A stretch of 64,000 bases of DNA from Verrucomicrobiota bacterium (lineage in GTDB: Bacteria > Verrucomicrobiota > Verrucomicrobiia > Opitutales > Cerasicoccaceae): contig JBCBUK010000014.1 in the NCBI GenBank assembly GCA_039818205.1, positions 1-64,000 on the forward strand. The letters are read 5' to 3'. A program made the translations under genes and the position numbers. This document shows positions 49,369-61,107 of the stretch, piece by piece (the stretch's first letter is position 1; the number at the start of each line of letters is the position of its first letter). The notes under the pieces are model-generated. The model saw only the letters and a list, made by a program, of their open reading frames with translations, was not told where the DNA came from and did no database searches.

Positions 49369-51210
49369 CTAATCGGGCGTTTCGGTAAGCAGAACCACAG
49401 AGCTCACGCGACCACCATCGTCCGGAAATACGAGCTTCACGGTGGTCGTCGGCTTGAGGAGATTCGCCGCAAATGGAATCGGGATCGCGCCAAAGAAATC
49501 CTTGCGATTGCCCTGATCATAACCTGCCCAGTTTTTCGGCATTTCAACCTCGGTGCCATTCACATAAACCTTGGGCTCCTTGGACATCTTCGGCTTCCGG
49601 CCGATACTCATCCGCAAGCTTGCAAGTGAGGCGTTGGCAGGAACCTCTTCGAATGTAAACTCAATCGGCTCATTCGCCTTGATCGGCACAAGGTGAGTCT
49701 TCGAGTAGCTGGTCTCAGCGCGAATACCCCGCTTCATCTGAATGGGTTCCGCAAATTCGTAAACAATAACGATCGTCTCGTAGGGCTGAATCGTCACCTC
49801 TCCCAACTCAGCACTCAACAGCTCATCCGAATATTTGGCTGCTTCACGAGGAGGAACGTTCAAGCGACGAATCGAGCCCGACTTCAAATCGCCCTGCCCT
49901 GAGAGCGACTTCAACGAGACAGTTTGTGGAAAATCATCATAATTATTCAGGCAGACAAACGCACGATTGCCATCTACGAAAGTCTGGATCGCGATGTCCG
50001 GGTTGTCAGAAACTGATGCCGTCCGGACACCGCCCACATCCTTCCACAGGTCATAGAACGCAATTTTCTCGGTCGGCAGGTAACGAGTGATCTGACCATC
50101 CACGACAGAATCGGGATCCGGGCGCCAGAGGTCGGCAAGGTATGGCTCCAAGCGGCCCACTTCTTCATAGTACCAAGGCGACTTACTGGTAATAAAGGGA
50201 ACCGAGGTCATGATGCGGTCCTGACGCTCAAGCAACTGGAACAAGATATGGTTGTAGGCGCGGTGCTCCTGAGAGCTCTTCTCGGGCGTGTAGCCCTCGG
50301 GATACCCCTTCGGAATGTCGCCATATTCGGTGATAGCGAGCGGCTTAACCTTGCCCCACTTAATGAAGCTATAGGTTTCAACCAAATCCATAATCGCATC
50401 GGCATTGGACCCCGAGCGGCGATTGTCCTGCCCCGTCACGTTGGTGCCATCGTACAAGTGAATCGAGATACCGTCCATGTAGTCGCCCGCGACATCCATG
50501 AACATTTTCATATTCGTATCCCAGTGCCAGAAGTCATTGAGCTCCATTGATGGCCAGGCACTGGCATAGCCAATGACTTGAACATCGAGGCCGGATTTGT
50601 CGAAGGCGATACCGATATCGCGGTAAAGTTCGGCCATGCGACGTTTAACCGCGTTGTTGTCCTTGCCATAGTCCTTCGCGTGCACGAACGGCTCGTTCAT
50701 CGGCTCATAAAAAAGTGGTCGATCCTCGTCCGTGTAAAAGTGCTTAAAGAAGGCAACGGTCCAATCGGCAGCTGCCTCGGTATCCATATCCATATGAAAG
50801 GTATCGTACGGATGATCGGTCACCACGAGACGTCGATCCCGATAGGGATAGGTCAGCGAGGTGGTGTAAAGATCCGTAATGGCGCGGGACATTGCTGCGG
50901 CTTGGGTTTCCGATGGAAACGGCGCGTCCAACGATTTCTTTCCTGGATAATACCAAAACGGGCCATTGAATCCGCGACCAAAGCCGACATCGAGTTGCCG
51001 GAGCAACTCGTGATCCTCGCGATCAATCGGGTTGTAGGCTGCATTGGTATGGATGTTGAAATACTTATCTCGTTGGAGCTCGGACTCTCCAGCAATCGAG
51101 CGCTGTGTGCTCAGGTCGTAGGTGACCGATGGATTGCTGGCGTCTTTGCCACAAAGGGGCAATGCGGACAACGCGGCAAGGGAGGTGATCGACAATGTCT
51201 TCGAATTCAT
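49369..51210 (-). CDS. GH86-like beta-porphyranase/agarase
   Basis: Signal peptide; ELQRDKYFNIH, YEPMNEPFVHA, SIHLYDG, ITEYG; C-terminal beta-sandwich ending GGRVSSVVL. Confidence 0.8.
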   Translation of the reverse strand: MNSKTLSITSLAALSALPLCGKDASNPSVTYDLSTQRSIAGESELQRDKYFNIHTNAAYNPIDREDHELLRQLDVGFGRGFNGPFWYYPGKKSLDAPFPSETQAAAMSRAITDLYTTSLTYPYRDRRLVVTDHPYDTFHMDMDTEAAADWTVAFFKHFYTDEDRPLFYEPMNEPFVHAKDYGKDNNAVKRRMAELYRDIGIAFDKSGLDVQVIGYASAWPSMELNDFWHWDTNMKMFMDVAGDYMDGISIHLYDGTNVTGQDNRRSGSNADAIMDLVETYSFIKWGKVKPLAITEYGDIPKGYPEGYTPEKSSQEHRAYNHILFQLLERQDRIMTSVPFITSKSPWYYEEVGRLEPYLADLWRPDPDSVVDGQITRYLPTEKIAFYDLWKDVGGVRTASVSDNPDIAIQTFVDGNRAFVCLNNYDDFPQTVSLKSLSGQGDLKSGSIRRLNVPPREAAKYSDELLSAELGEVTIQPYETIVIVYEFAEPIQMKRGIRAETSYSKTHLVPIKANEPIEFTFEEVPANASLASLRMSIGRKPKMSKEPKVYVNGTEVEMPKNWAGYDQGNRKDFFGAIPIPFAANLLKPTTTVKLVFPDDGGRVSSVVLLTETPD

Positions 51211-51455
51211 GGATTCGGGATATTCTTGACTAAGGTTGGATTACACGTGAATAGTCACGGATAGAATTTATATATCGGGATTTTCCTGGATCAAACTGTT
51301 GAATAAGGATTGAAGCACAATCTTAATTCGTACACCCCTACTTAACACGTTAACAATTCTCAAACTATCGATAGATATATGTGCACGTTTTGGTATTACG
51401 ATATAATGCCGCGATTAAGTAAACTTTTTTAGAAACCGCAAACATCACCCTAAAT

Positions 51456-52988
51456 ATGACAACCCACGAACTTGATCACCTTGCTGATAAATATAAGCAG
51501 ATCCGCTCGGAGATGCTCCAGCAAGACATCACAGCCGGCGAAGGCCCCTTTAAGGCCAGCCCTGAATCTTTACAGCAATTCACCTGTCCCGAATGGTTTC
51601 GTGATGCAAAATTTGGTATTTGGGCTCATTGGGGCCCTCAAGGAGGCCCAAAGAACGGTGATTGGTATGCACGTAATCTATACATGCAGGACTTCGATCC
51701 CGGTGATGGACCGCACCGCAATGTCTACGATTACCACTGTGAGCGGTTTGGCCACCCCTCCGAGGTCGGCTACAAGGACGTGATCAAATGTTGGCAGGCC
51801 GAAAACTTTGACCCCGACGCCCTGATCAGCCTCTACAAGCGTGTGGGCGCAAAGTACTTCATGGCCCTAGCGGTCCACACGGACAACGTTGATTGCTGGG
51901 ACTCGAAATATCATCGCTGGAATTCGGTCAACATTGGGCCGAAGAAAGACATCGTCGCCCTGTGGCGCGATGCGGTTCGCAAGCACGGCCTGCGCTTTGG
52001 CGTTTCCGAGCATACCTCAAACTACTACCACTGGTTTGGCACCAGCCACGGTGCCGACAAGACCGGCCCACTTGCGGGCGTCCCATACGACGGAAACGAT
52101 GAGCGGTATCAGGACCTATACAATTCGGTTTACGTCGATAAGAAGGACGAATGGCTGACCCCCGCCGACTATCCAAAGGAGTGGGCCAAGGAATGGTATT
52201 TCCGCATGAAGGACCTGCTCGACAAGTATGAGCCAGACCTTTTCTACAGCGATGGCGCATTTGCCTTGGACGAATACAGCCTGGCCATTGTTGCCTACTA
52301 CTACAACGAGAGCATCCGCCTGAACGGCAAGCTTGAGGGCGCCTACACGCAAAAGAACCACCCTGGTCTGGGCACATTTATCCCTGGAGCCGGCATCTTT
52401 GACATCGAGCGCGGCTTGGCTCAGGGCATCACCGAAGACCCGTGGCAGATCGACACTTGCCTGGGCAATTGGTTCTACGAGGAAGGATTCGAGTACAAGA
52501 CGCCCGAGATGGTGCTTCACTTCCTAATCGATGTCGTCAGCAAGAACGGCAACATGATGCTCAGCGTGCCACTTCGCCCGGAAGGCACCCTCGACGAAGG
52601 CTGCACCCACATTCTCAACGAGATGCAGGAATGGCTCGACACCAATGGTGAAGGTATCTTTTCGAGCCGCCCATGGAAGGTATTCGGCGAAGGCGGCGTG
52701 ACCGCGTATGAGTCGAAGTGCCACAACGAAGCACCCATCGAGGCTCAGGAAAATGAGTTCCGCTTCACAAAGTCTAAGGGCGGTGACACCATTTATGCAT
52801 TTATTATGAAATATCCGGGTGCCAAGGAGATCGCCATAAACTCGTTTGCCAACGAAGAGAAAGTGGGTAGCGTCGAATTGTTAGGCTACGGACCCGTGAG
52901 CTTCTCGCAGGATGCAAGCAGCCTCAAAGTAACCCTTCCAGAGAACGCCCCGTCCAAGTACGCAAGTACCCTGAAGATTCAGTTCTAA
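51456..52988 (+). CDS. GH29 alpha-L-fucosidase family (possible alpha-L-galactosidase)
   Basis: PEWFRDAKFGIWAHWG, YSDG, DIERG, DVVSKNGN; no signal peptide. Confidence 0.9.
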   Translation: MTTHELDHLADKYKQIRSEMLQQDITAGEGPFKASPESLQQFTCPEWFRDAKFGIWAHWGPQGGPKNGDWYARNLYMQDFDPGDGPHRNVYDYHCERFGHPSEVGYKDVIKCWQAENFDPDALISLYKRVGAKYFMALAVHTDNVDCWDSKYHRWNSVNIGPKKDIVALWRDAVRKHGLRFGVSEHTSNYYHWFGTSHGADKTGPLAGVPYDGNDERYQDLYNSVYVDKKDEWLTPADYPKEWAKEWYFRMKDLLDKYEPDLFYSDGAFALDEYSLAIVAYYYNESIRLNGKLEGAYTQKNHPGLGTFIPGAGIFDIERGLAQGITEDPWQIDTCLGNWFYEEGFEYKTPEMVLHFLIDVVSKNGNMMLSVPLRPEGTLDEGCTHILNEMQEWLDTNGEGIFSSRPWKVFGEGGVTAYESKCHNEAPIEAQENEFRFTKSKGGDTIYAFIMKYPGAKEIAINSFANEEKVGSVELLGYGPVSFSQDASSLKVTLPENAPSKYASTLKIQF

Positions 52989-53081
52989 TTCATTCGCTGC
53001 CGGATTCGTGCATATTGCAACGGATTCTACACGTGAACGAATTTTTCGCCTAATTGCGGGCTGGATGGGGTAATTAATAGT

Positions 53082-53618
53082 ATGACCCCTCCCCAGCCCT
53101 CAGATAGTTCCGACAAAACCGAGGTCCTGTTGCGCAGATTCTATGCACAGCAGAGTAAGCTTCGGGGTTATGTGTTTTCGGCAACCCGCGACTATCACGC
53201 GACCGAGGACATCCTGCAGTCGACCGCTATTGTGGTCGCACAGAAAGCCACCGAATTCGACTTTACCAAGCCAGAGACGCCCTGGTTTATTGGCATTGCT
53301 CGAAATTACATCAGCAAGTGGTATCGCACGCAAGGGCGGGCGAATCGCTATGTAAGTCTGGATATTCTAGAAGAATACATGCCGGACTACGAATCTTTCG
53401 AGAGCGAGCCCATATCGGAACGCCGCTATGCGCTCAAAATTTGCATCGATCGCCTCCCCAACAAGCAAAAGGAGGTTGTTCGCTTGCGCTACCAGGACGG
53501 TATGGACTGCCAGAATATTGCTGAGCAGCTGGATCGTCCTATCCAAGGCATCTACTCACTACTAAAACGCATTAAAATCGAGCTACGTAAGTGTGTCGAA
53601 TTTCGACTCGGCACCTAG
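53082..53618 (+). CDS. ECF sigma-70 factor
   Basis: TEDILQ, WFIGIARN, region 4 HTH. Confidence 0.9.
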   Translation: MTPPQPSDSSDKTEVLLRRFYAQQSKLRGYVFSATRDYHATEDILQSTAIVVAQKATEFDFTKPETPWFIGIARNYISKWYRTQGRANRYVSLDILEEYMPDYESFESEPISERRYALKICIDRLPNKQKEVVRLRYQDGMDCQNIAEQLDRPIQGIYSLLKRIKIELRKCVEFRLGT

Positions 53619-53630
53619 AGGAATATCGCG

Positions 53631-54947
53631 ATGAAACCATCAGGAAACAAAGCTGAACAACTGGTCGACGCTTACTTTCTGGGGCAACTCAGTGAAAGTG
53701 AAATCGCTGACCTGCAAGAGCTGCTGAAAACCGATTTTCGCGCGCGCAACTATTTTGCGTCCGCTGCCCGCGACGAATGGCTACTGCACCACCTGCACTC
53801 CGACCTAGACGCTCAACTCGTTGAAGACGAGGGCAGGAGCCGAATTATTTCCGCCCCGATGATGCTGTTCGTTCGCGCTGCGGCCATCATCGTGGTTATG
53901 CTAACCGTCGCTAGCCTATTCATTTACCACGACGGCTCCCATCCCTCCGGGCGCTCACTAGGAGACCGTTCATTCGCGGCTCTTGTGACCGATAACGAGT
54001 CCAAAGCTGTCGCTACCGTGACCGACATCTTTACCCTGGTAAACGACAACATCACCGCGACAATCAACAATGAGTCGCGTAATCTCAATGCTGGCATGCC
54101 ACTTAGAAATGGCGATGAGATCGAGCTTCCTACCGGTGCCCGCCTGACCTTTCAATATGACGGCGAAGAAACCTACGTGAAGATGGGCAGCGGAACACGC
54201 TTCACCCTAGCGGAATCCAATGGCGCTAAATACATTCTCTTGGATACAGGCGAAATGTCTGCCGATGTCGCTCCCCAGCCCGTTGGCAAACCAATGACGA
54301 TTCGCACCAAGGACGCTGAGGCCGTGGTGCTCGGGACGGAGTTTGAGGTCAAGACCGGCGAGGTGACTCGCTTAGCCGTGCTCTCTGGCAAAGTCGGGTT
54401 TCAATCCCCGGACAAAGTGCAGAACATCGAAGTCGATGCCGGACAGTTCGCAACCTCCACCACTGACCAAGACTGGGTCGCTCGCCCATTCATCGAAAAG
54501 GTGCTAACGCCAGTCTTTGACCGCACGCTCAACACCGAGCAACACGATCGCTACATCATTATCGATCCAAAGCGGAATTTCGAGGCCCTCCTTCGCTTTG
54601 ATTTCGGCGATTTAGACGGCTCCTTGATGGAAGCGAAACTTCAGCTGCGAGTCGAAGCCTTTGGCCAAGACTATGGCGGCGCAGGAACGGTTCGTTTATA
54701 CATGGACCCAACAAACGCAACCGACGGTGATCCTGCTCGCGACTCGTTGGTGGAGATCGCTTCCTACTCCGGACGTGTCGACGCGAAGATGAATCTTGAA
54801 TTTGAGATCGATCCTTCGGACCTGAAAGAAGGAATTAACACTTTTATCGTCAAGCTGGACGAAAAGGGAAATGACTTTTGGTTCAGCTCAAGCCGAGGTC
54901 CAAATCCGCCCAAGTTCATTTTGAAGATCGTAAACACCAAGGCTTAA
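53631..54947 (+). CDS. FecR-family anti-sigma factor
   Basis: TM helix, [18 protein letters not shown]-terminal DNRLRE-like domain. Confidence 0.85.
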   Translation: MKPSGNKAEQLVDAYFLGQLSESEIADLQELLKTDFRARNYFASAARDEWLLHHLHSDLDAQLVEDEGRSRIISAPMMLFVRAAAIIVVMLTVASLFIYHDGSHPSGRSLGDRSFAALVTDNESKAVATVTDIFTLVNDNITATINNESRNLNAGMPLRNGDEIELPTGARLTFQYDGEETYVKMGSGTRFTLAESNGAKYILLDTGEMSADVAPQPVGKPMTIRTKDAEAVVLGTEFEVKTGEVTRLAVLSGKVGFQSPDKVQNIEVDAGQFATSTTDQDWVARPFIEKVLTPVFDRTLNTEQHDRYIIIDPKRNFEALLRFDFGDLDGSLMEAKLQLRVEAFGQDYGGAGTVRLYMDPTNATDGDPARDSLVEIASYSGRVDAKMNLEFEIDPSDLKEGINTFIVKLDEKGNDFWFSSSRGPNPPKFILKIVNTKA

Positions 54948-54964
54948 CCCCTCAAAAACCATAT

Positions 54965-57900
54965 ATGCGACCCTGTACTAAAACTCGCCATTTTCTGGCA
55001 GTTGGTGCGATAATATCCGCGTTGTTACAATCAGCAGTTGCTCAGCAGGCCGTGACCTCGCTGACGCTCATGAACGCCGATACCGACCAACCAATTGCTG
55101 GACACGATCCGTTTACCAGCGGAGCCACGCTTGACCTGAATACCCTTCCGACGAGGAATCTAAACATTCGGGCCAACACCAACCCAGATCCGGTTGGAAG
55201 TGTCCGTTTTGCCTATGATGGAAATGCAAATTTCCGCACCGAAAGTACCGCACCCTATGCTTTCGCCGGTGACGGTTCCGGTGACTACTTTGATTGGACA
55301 CCAACAGTTGGCAGCCACAGTGTAATCGCAACTCCCTTTACCGCAGCAAGCGGTGGCGGAACCGCCGGGACAGCGCTAACAGTCAACTTTACTGTCACCG
55401 ATTCCGGCAGCGGAGGCGGGGGTGGTGTAACCCCAACCGAAGACACCGTTGACTGCGGCCAACTGCCACTTTCAATTGCGCCACAGGCTTCCTACACGGT
55501 CAACGTCCCTTATACCGCAACGGAATCACGCGATGTCGTCGTCGAGTTTTGGGATGCGGGTTGGCTTGGCCAATCCACCCAGACTGTTGATCCTGGCACG
55601 GGCACTGCGAGCATCTCGATCACCCTAAATGGTGGGGCACCGACTGCAGGCTCCAACTATCTATGGAAGGCTAGCATTCGCCCCGTTGGCGCGAATTGGA
55701 TGGAGAACATCGACGCCTGTAACTCAACGGCAGTAACCGTCACCTCGGCTGGCGGTGGCGGCGGAGGCGGTGGCGGAAGCACCGGCGCCTGGCTCGAACA
55801 GAACGGCATCGTTGTTATCGAGCCTGAAAATGGTGACTTGCTTTCCGACTGGGTCGCTCGCCCGACCACACATCCCGGTGACCCATCGATGGCCGGTAGC
55901 CTTGGCAACGGTTGGCTCGAATGGACGGGTGCACAATCCTTTGGCAATACTCTAAGTGAGTCTCAGGTAAACGGTATCCTCACCTACAATTTCGTCATCG
56001 AAACCGAGGGCGTCTACTACTTCCGTTGGCGCTCCAAACAATACAATGTCGGCACCTTTGACTCCGGCAACGACAACTTCGTCAACTTCGCTACCGGAAC
56101 TCCAGTTAGTGGTTTCCAAGACTTCGGACAGTTCCACAAGGTCTGGGTTCAAAGCAAGCAAGACTGGTCCTGGAGGACTACCTTTGAGCCTCACCATGGT
56201 GATCACTACGCGGATAACCTAATCCGCCGCTATTATACCCCTGGTGTTCACACGATCCGAATCGCTGCCCGCTCACCTGGCCACTCGATCGATCGAATCG
56301 TCCTTTTCCACGAAAGTGTCGATTTCAACCAATCCGCATTTGAAAGCGCCGCTGAATCGCCGCGCGATGGCAGCGGTGGCGGAGGCGGCAGCGACCTCGT
56401 CTTCGATGCCCGAGAAGATTTTCCGAGCCTGGACTCGGGTGAAGTCCCCTACTACGTCGACAATACCTACAATGCGCTCGCGATCAATGCGGGCAACGTC
56501 AACTACCGCGACAAGTTCGCGCGTGCTGAGTTAACCTTCGATGGCGACTCAGACGAATACGATGTCACCATCACCACAGTCGTCGAATACGACGGTGAGT
56601 CGATCTATCGCCTCTTGATCAACGGCACTCAAGTTGCCACCTACACGAACCCACGCGTGGACGAAGCTGGCGACCTGCAACCAAACACCCACACTTGGTC
56701 AGGTATCACGATCAACAATGGCGACACCATCGCGATCGAATCGAACACCGCTTCCAACGGTTTGATACCGGAAGATGATGCGTTCGCCTGGGCGCGCGGT
56801 CGTTGGCGTCAACTTGAACTGACGCCAACCGTCGGACCTCCTCCACCATCGTCTGCACAAAGCACCACCTCTGCTGGTATCTACGGCGAAGATGATGGCA
56901 ATGGAAACTATAAGAAGTGGCACCGCGTTACCGTCGCATTCGAAGGGCCATCCACTTCGGAAACCGCGAATCCAAATCCATTCACGGACTATCGCCTGAA
57001 CGTTACGTTCACCCATCCGGGCACTGGCAAGTCCTACTTGGTTCCCGGCTACTATGCCGCTGATGGAAACGCTGGTGAAACCAGTGCCACGAGCGGAAAC
57101 ATCTGGCGCGTCCACTTCTCGCCCGACGAAACTGGCACCTGGAACTACACCGCCTCCTTCCGCACGGGAACCAACGTCGCCGTCAATGGCAGCCCTACCG
57201 CGGGCACAGCCACATCATTCGATGGCGCGAATGGATCGTTCGACGTGGTTGCTTCCGACAAGGCCGGGCGCGACTTCCGTGGGAAAGGCCGACTCCAATA
57301 CGACGGCACCCGCTACCTTAAGTTTGCCGAAAACGGTGAACCGTTTTTGAAGACTGGCGCGGATGCTCCAGAGAACTTCCTGAACTGCACTGACTTCGAC
57401 GGCACCTATAACCACGGTGGTACCAGTTACCTGAAGGATTGGGGAGCACACGCCCAAGACTGGAATCAAGGCGACCCAACCTGGAAAGGCGGCATCGGAA
57501 AGGGAATCATTGGAGCGGTGAACTATCTCGCGTCCGAAGGACAGAACGTATTCTCCTTCCTCACCTACAATGCAGGTGGCGACAGTAAAGACGTGTGGAT
57601 GTATACGGCCCACGACAACCCGCTTCGCTTCGATTGCTCGAAACTCGACCAGTGGGAGATCGTTTTCACTCATGCGGACGTCACGGGTATGTATCTGCAC
57701 TTCAAGACCCAAGAGACTGAGAACGATGACCTCAATGGTCCCGGCGGCGCCTTCGCGCTCGACGATGGAAATCTGGGCAATGAGCGCAAGCTCTACTACC
57801 GCGAATTGATGGCGCGCTTTGGCCACCACTTAGCACTGAACTGGAACCTCGGTGAAGAGAATACCCAGACAACCGCTCAGGAGCAAGATATGGCATTGTA

Positions 57901-59665
57901 TTTCCATGACAATGATCCGTATAGCCACCACATCGTTCTCCACACCTATCCGAACCAACAAGATCTACGGTATGTCCCTCTGCTCGGCAACAATTCGGAA
58001 TTAACCGGTGTGTCATTGCAGACGAACTATAGCAACGTTCACGCCCACACACTCAAGTGGCTCTCCCAGTCTGCGAACGCGGGTAAACAATGGGTTGTTG
58101 CCAACGATGAACAAGGCCCAGCAAACTTAGCCAATCCGCCTGACACCGGCTTCGCTGGCTACGGTGGCAACACGACCCCCAGCCAAAAGCAAATGCGTTG
58201 GATGGTTGTCTGGGGTAATCTCATGGCCGGAGGTGCTGGCGTCGAACTCTATGCCGGATATCAAAATCCGCACAGTGACTTGACCCTAACTGATTTCCGC
58301 AGCCGTGATCGCATGTGGGACTATTGCCGCCACGCTCTCAACTTCTTCGAGGACAACCTTCCCTACACGGAGATGGAAAGCGCCAACGCGCTGATCGGCA
58401 ACAATAGCAATAATAACGACAAGTATTGCTTTGCAAAAGACGGCGAAGTGTACGCGGTCTACCTGCCCAACGGTGGAACCACCAACCTCGACCTATCGGG
58501 TGCTACGGGAACGTTTGACGTTCGTTGGTTCAACCCACGCGATGGTGGTGCCTTGCAAACCGGCTCCGTTGCTCAGGTAACGGGCGGCTCGAGTGTCTCA
58601 CTCGGGAATGCCCCATCCGACGCCAACGAAGACTGGGCCATCCTGGTCAAGAAGCTCACCGTAGTTAACAGTCTGCCTTTTAGTGACGATTTCGAGGGCC
58701 ACCAAAATGGCGACGGCGTCTTCCAACAAGACGGCTGGAGCGTTGGTGGTAGCGGAAGCGCAGTTGCGCAAAACACCACCGCTTACGAAGGCGACTTAGC
58801 CATGGAGCTGAGCGATCAGGTTACTGCAACGCAGAACCTGGCGAGCGCGGCGGACGTGATTTGGTGCGACCTGCAGGTGCGTTTCGCTTCAACGGAGACC
58901 GGCACCGAACCAAATCTCCCAAACGATGCGAGTGCTGCGGTCTTCCTCGATGAAGCCGGCCTACTCAATGTCGCCGACGGTTCCAGCTGGACAGTTCCAG
59001 CTGGGCTCCAAGCCGTAGCGCCGACCGAATGGCAACGCGTCACGGTTCGCTTAGACTACGGCGCGCAAACCTATTCGGTGTGGCTAAATGATGTCCGCAT
59101 CGCCCAGGATCTTGCCTTCGCCAACAGTGTGTCTTCGTTCGGTGGCATTGAGTTTATCCACAACTCAGCGAACTCAACCTTTGTCGACAACATCCTTGCC
59201 GAGCTCACGGAGCCGCCGTTGCTCGACAACGATGGCGACCAGCTCACCAACTCCTGGGAGCGGGCGCACGGCTTGGACGAAGAAGACAACGGCAGCACCG
59301 ACCCGAATCAGGGCTTTGCCGGCAATGCCGATGGAGACTTGTTCAACAACTTCCTTGAGCTCGCCTTTGACTTAAACCCATCGATCAATGACTCGGAGAA
59401 GGGCCCCTACCCGCACATGTCGACCGAGAACTCCACCGAATATATTGGCATCGTTTATCGCGAAAGCACGGGTGCCGGTCAGTTCGATTTCGTTCCGGAG
59501 TGCACCTACGATTTGGGTATCGCAAGCTGGAGTCCCATAACCACCGAGCGCATCGTTTTGGACCCTGATCCAGATGGTGATGGCTCCTGCCAGTTGGTAG
59601 AAGTTCGCACCCCGATCGACGCCAATCGCAAATTCATCCGCATGCTTGTTCAACTCAGCCAATAG
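54965..59665 (+). CDS. Large secreted multidomain DUF5060 / putative glycoside hydrolase
   Basis: Signal peptide, Gly-linked beta modules, [20 protein letters not shown] (DUF5060-like), [15 protein letters not shown] domain, DNDGD Ca-binding motif. Confidence 0.8.
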   Translation: MRPCTKTRHFLAVGAIISALLQSAVAQQAVTSLTLMNADTDQPIAGHDPFTSGATLDLNTLPTRNLNIRANTNPDPVGSVRFAYDGNANFRTESTAPYAFAGDGSGDYFDWTPTVGSHSVIATPFTAASGGGTAGTALTVNFTVTDSGSGGGGGVTPTEDTVDCGQLPLSIAPQASYTVNVPYTATESRDVVVEFWDAGWLGQSTQTVDPGTGTASISITLNGGAPTAGSNYLWKASIRPVGANWMENIDACNSTAVTVTSAGGGGGGGGGSTGAWLEQNGIVVIEPENGDLLSDWVARPTTHPGDPSMAGSLGNGWLEWTGAQSFGNTLSESQVNGILTYNFVIETEGVYYFRWRSKQYNVGTFDSGNDNFVNFATGTPVSGFQDFGQFHKVWVQSKQDWSWRTTFEPHHGDHYADNLIRRYYTPGVHTIRIAARSPGHSIDRIVLFHESVDFNQSAFESAAESPRDGSGGGGGSDLVFDAREDFPSLDSGEVPYYVDNTYNALAINAGNVNYRDKFARAELTFDGDSDEYDVTITTVVEYDGESIYRLLINGTQVATYTNPRVDEAGDLQPNTHTWSGITINNGDTIAIESNTASNGLIPEDDAFAWARGRWRQLELTPTVGPPPPSSAQSTTSAGIYGEDDGNGNYKKWHRVTVAFEGPSTSETANPNPFTDYRLNVTFTHPGTGKSYLVPGYYAADGNAGETSATSGNIWRVHFSPDETGTWNYTASFRTGTNVAVNGSPTAGTATSFDGANGSFDVVASDKAGRDFRGKGRLQYDGTRYLKFAENGEPFLKTGADAPENFLNCTDFDGTYNHGGTSYLKDWGAHAQDWNQGDPTWKGGIGKGIIGAVNYLASEGQNVFSFLTYNAGGDSKDVWMYTAHDNPLRFDCSKLDQWEIVFTHADVTGMYLHFKTQETENDDLNGPGGAFALDDGNLGNERKLYYRELMARFGHHLALNWNLGEENTQTTAQEQDMALYFHDNDPYSHHIVLHTYPNQQDLRYVPLLGNNSELTGVSLQTNYSNVHAHTLKWLSQSANAGKQWVVANDEQGPANLANPPDTGFAGYGGNTTPSQKQMRWMVVWGNLMAGGAGVELYAGYQNPHSDLTLTDFRSRDRMWDYCRHALNFFEDNLPYTEMESANALIGNNSNNNDKYCFAKDGEVYAVYLPNGGTTNLDLSGATGTFDVRWFNPRDGGALQTGSVAQVTGGSSVSLGNAPSDANEDWAILVKKLTVVNSLPFSDDFEGHQNGDGVFQQDGWSVGGSGSAVAQNTTAYEGDLAMELSDQVTATQNLASAADVIWCDLQVRFASTETGTEPNLPNDASAAVFLDEAGLLNVADGSSWTVPAGLQAVAPTEWQRVTVRLDYGAQTYSVWLNDVRIAQDLAFANSVSSFGGIEFIHNSANSTFVDNILAELTEPPLLDNDGDQLTNSWERAHGLDEEDNGSTDPNQGFAGNADGDLFNNFLELAFDLNPSINDSEKGPYPHMSTENSTEYIGIVYRESTGAGQFDFVPECTYDLGIASWSPITTERIVLDPDPDGDGSCQLVEVRTPIDANRKFIRMLVQLSQ

Positions 59666-59685
59666 CGGCACATCCCATAATTCCC

Positions 59686-60474
59686 ATGCACAAGAAGCTT
59701 ATCACCATCGGCCTTTCAATCGGCCTTGCAACGGCGGCCCATGCGGCCGTCATCATCGACGAAGATTTTGAGAGCTACACGAACGGTGACGGTCTGCAAA
59801 CAATCACCGATTGGTCCGTGGCAACTTCGCCAGCTGCCGGGCTCTATACAATTGCTGGCGGCGCCATAAGCCTCGACACCGGCACTGCCCAAAGAAACTA
59901 CCATGCCGTAAACTCCAACGGCTTCGCGATGAGCAGCGGCGATGTCGCAATCTTATCGGTTGAGTTCCGGTATACCCACACCAGTGGCGGCGATATAACC
60001 ACCAACTTCAATAAGGAGGCTTTTGGGCTCTTGGTTAGCTCAACCCCAAACACCACCGGAGGCACCGTGGCCAAGTTCACCATGACCAACCGCGGCGGCG
60101 CCATTGGAACTCGTCTCCCGATCTCCCCGTGGATTGAAGGTTGGGTCCCCCACACTTCGGTCGGCGTTGATACCACTGCCGGAGGAACCAGTGACTGGGT
60201 CCGGCTGGTGTTGACCTTGACGGACAACGGGACGGACATTCAAGCCCAAGGGGCGGTTTATAACGTCGGCAACAACCAGCTGATTTATACCGGCACTGCC
60301 TACTCTACCGGCATCTCCAGTGGCTCAACCATCTATGCAGGGCTCACCACTGGCTACAATGACGTGGGTGACGTTAGCATCGAGAGCTTCAGTAAATTCA
60401 GCGAAGTCGAATTCGACAATCTCCAGTTCGAGTCAATCGACAATGCCGAAGTATCACTGCTGATTTTCAAGTAA
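59686..60474 (+). CDS. Secreted hypothetical protein (lectin/beta-sandwich-like)
   Basis: Signal peptide, EDFESY...FDNL pattern. Confidence 0.7.
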   Translation: MHKKLITIGLSIGLATAAHAAVIIDEDFESYTNGDGLQTITDWSVATSPAAGLYTIAGGAISLDTGTAQRNYHAVNSNGFAMSSGDVAILSVEFRYTHTSGGDITTNFNKEAFGLLVSSTPNTTGGTVAKFTMTNRGGAIGTRLPISPWIEGWVPHTSVGVDTTAGGTSDWVRLVLTLTDNGTDIQAQGAVYNVGNNQLIYTGTAYSTGISSGSTIYAGLTTGYNDVGDVSIESFSKFSEVEFDNLQFESIDNAEVSLLIFK

Positions 60475-60484
60475 TCAAGTTGCC

Positions 60485-60523
60485 AAACGCCCGTCCGGCA
60501 GCAATGTTGGACGGGCGTTTTTT
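60485..60523 (+). terminator. Intrinsic terminator
   Basis: AAACGCCCGTCC/GGACGGGCGTTT plus T tract. Confidence 0.8.
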
Positions 60524-60552
60524 ATTGGCCCTAGTCGATATCAAATTTTGAA

Positions 60553-61083
60553 ATGAAAGCTATCACACCGATTCTTATCGTCGTCTTTTCCGCGATCACT
60601 GGCGTTGTTGGATTCTTCCTTGGTCAAAAAGTAGCCACCGACAAGTTCAATAGCCAAGCGGACTCACCGCCCGACACCGTACTAGCGGCCGAAGCTTCAG
60701 TTGTTGCCGAAGCACAGGCGTCCCCTGAGCCGACAGCCATCGAGGAGCCTGTAGCGATCGAACCGACGCCAATCGCAGTGGCCCCTTCCGCAGATCCCGG
60801 CAGTAAGTTTACCGAGCGGGCCATGCAAAAGACCTTTACCCTGACCAATAAGCAGGGGGTTTCGATTCGGGCTGCAATTCTCTCCATTTCAAATGATACC
60901 GTGAAACTACGCCGCGAAGACGGCCTGGAAACATCCATCAAAATCGATATCCTCAAGGACGAAGATCAGGAATTTTGCCATTACCTACGGGACAATATGC
61001 TCGTTCCCCAACCTCCGATAACGGCCGACGGCCGTCCTCCCAAAGCGGATGGAATCGATTGGGGAAAAATCTTTCAAAACTAG
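60553..61083 (+). CDS. Membrane-anchored protein with SHD1-like domain
   Basis: TFTLTNKQGVSIRA...VKLRREDG...LKDEDQEF. Confidence 0.7.
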   Translation: MKAITPILIVVFSAITGVVGFFLGQKVATDKFNSQADSPPDTVLAAEASVVAEAQASPEPTAIEEPVAIEPTPIAVAPSADPGSKFTERAMQKTFTLTNKQGVSIRAAILSISNDTVKLRREDGLETSIKIDILKDEDQEFCHYLRDNMLVPQPPITADGRPPKADGIDWGKIFQN

Positions 61084-61107
61084 TCTTCGTAACCCTTCCC
61101 CGGACTC

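Noticed and set aside
55400..56390. GGC-rich tracts as contingency repeats
   Set aside because: They are in-frame poly-Gly linkers with mixed codons.
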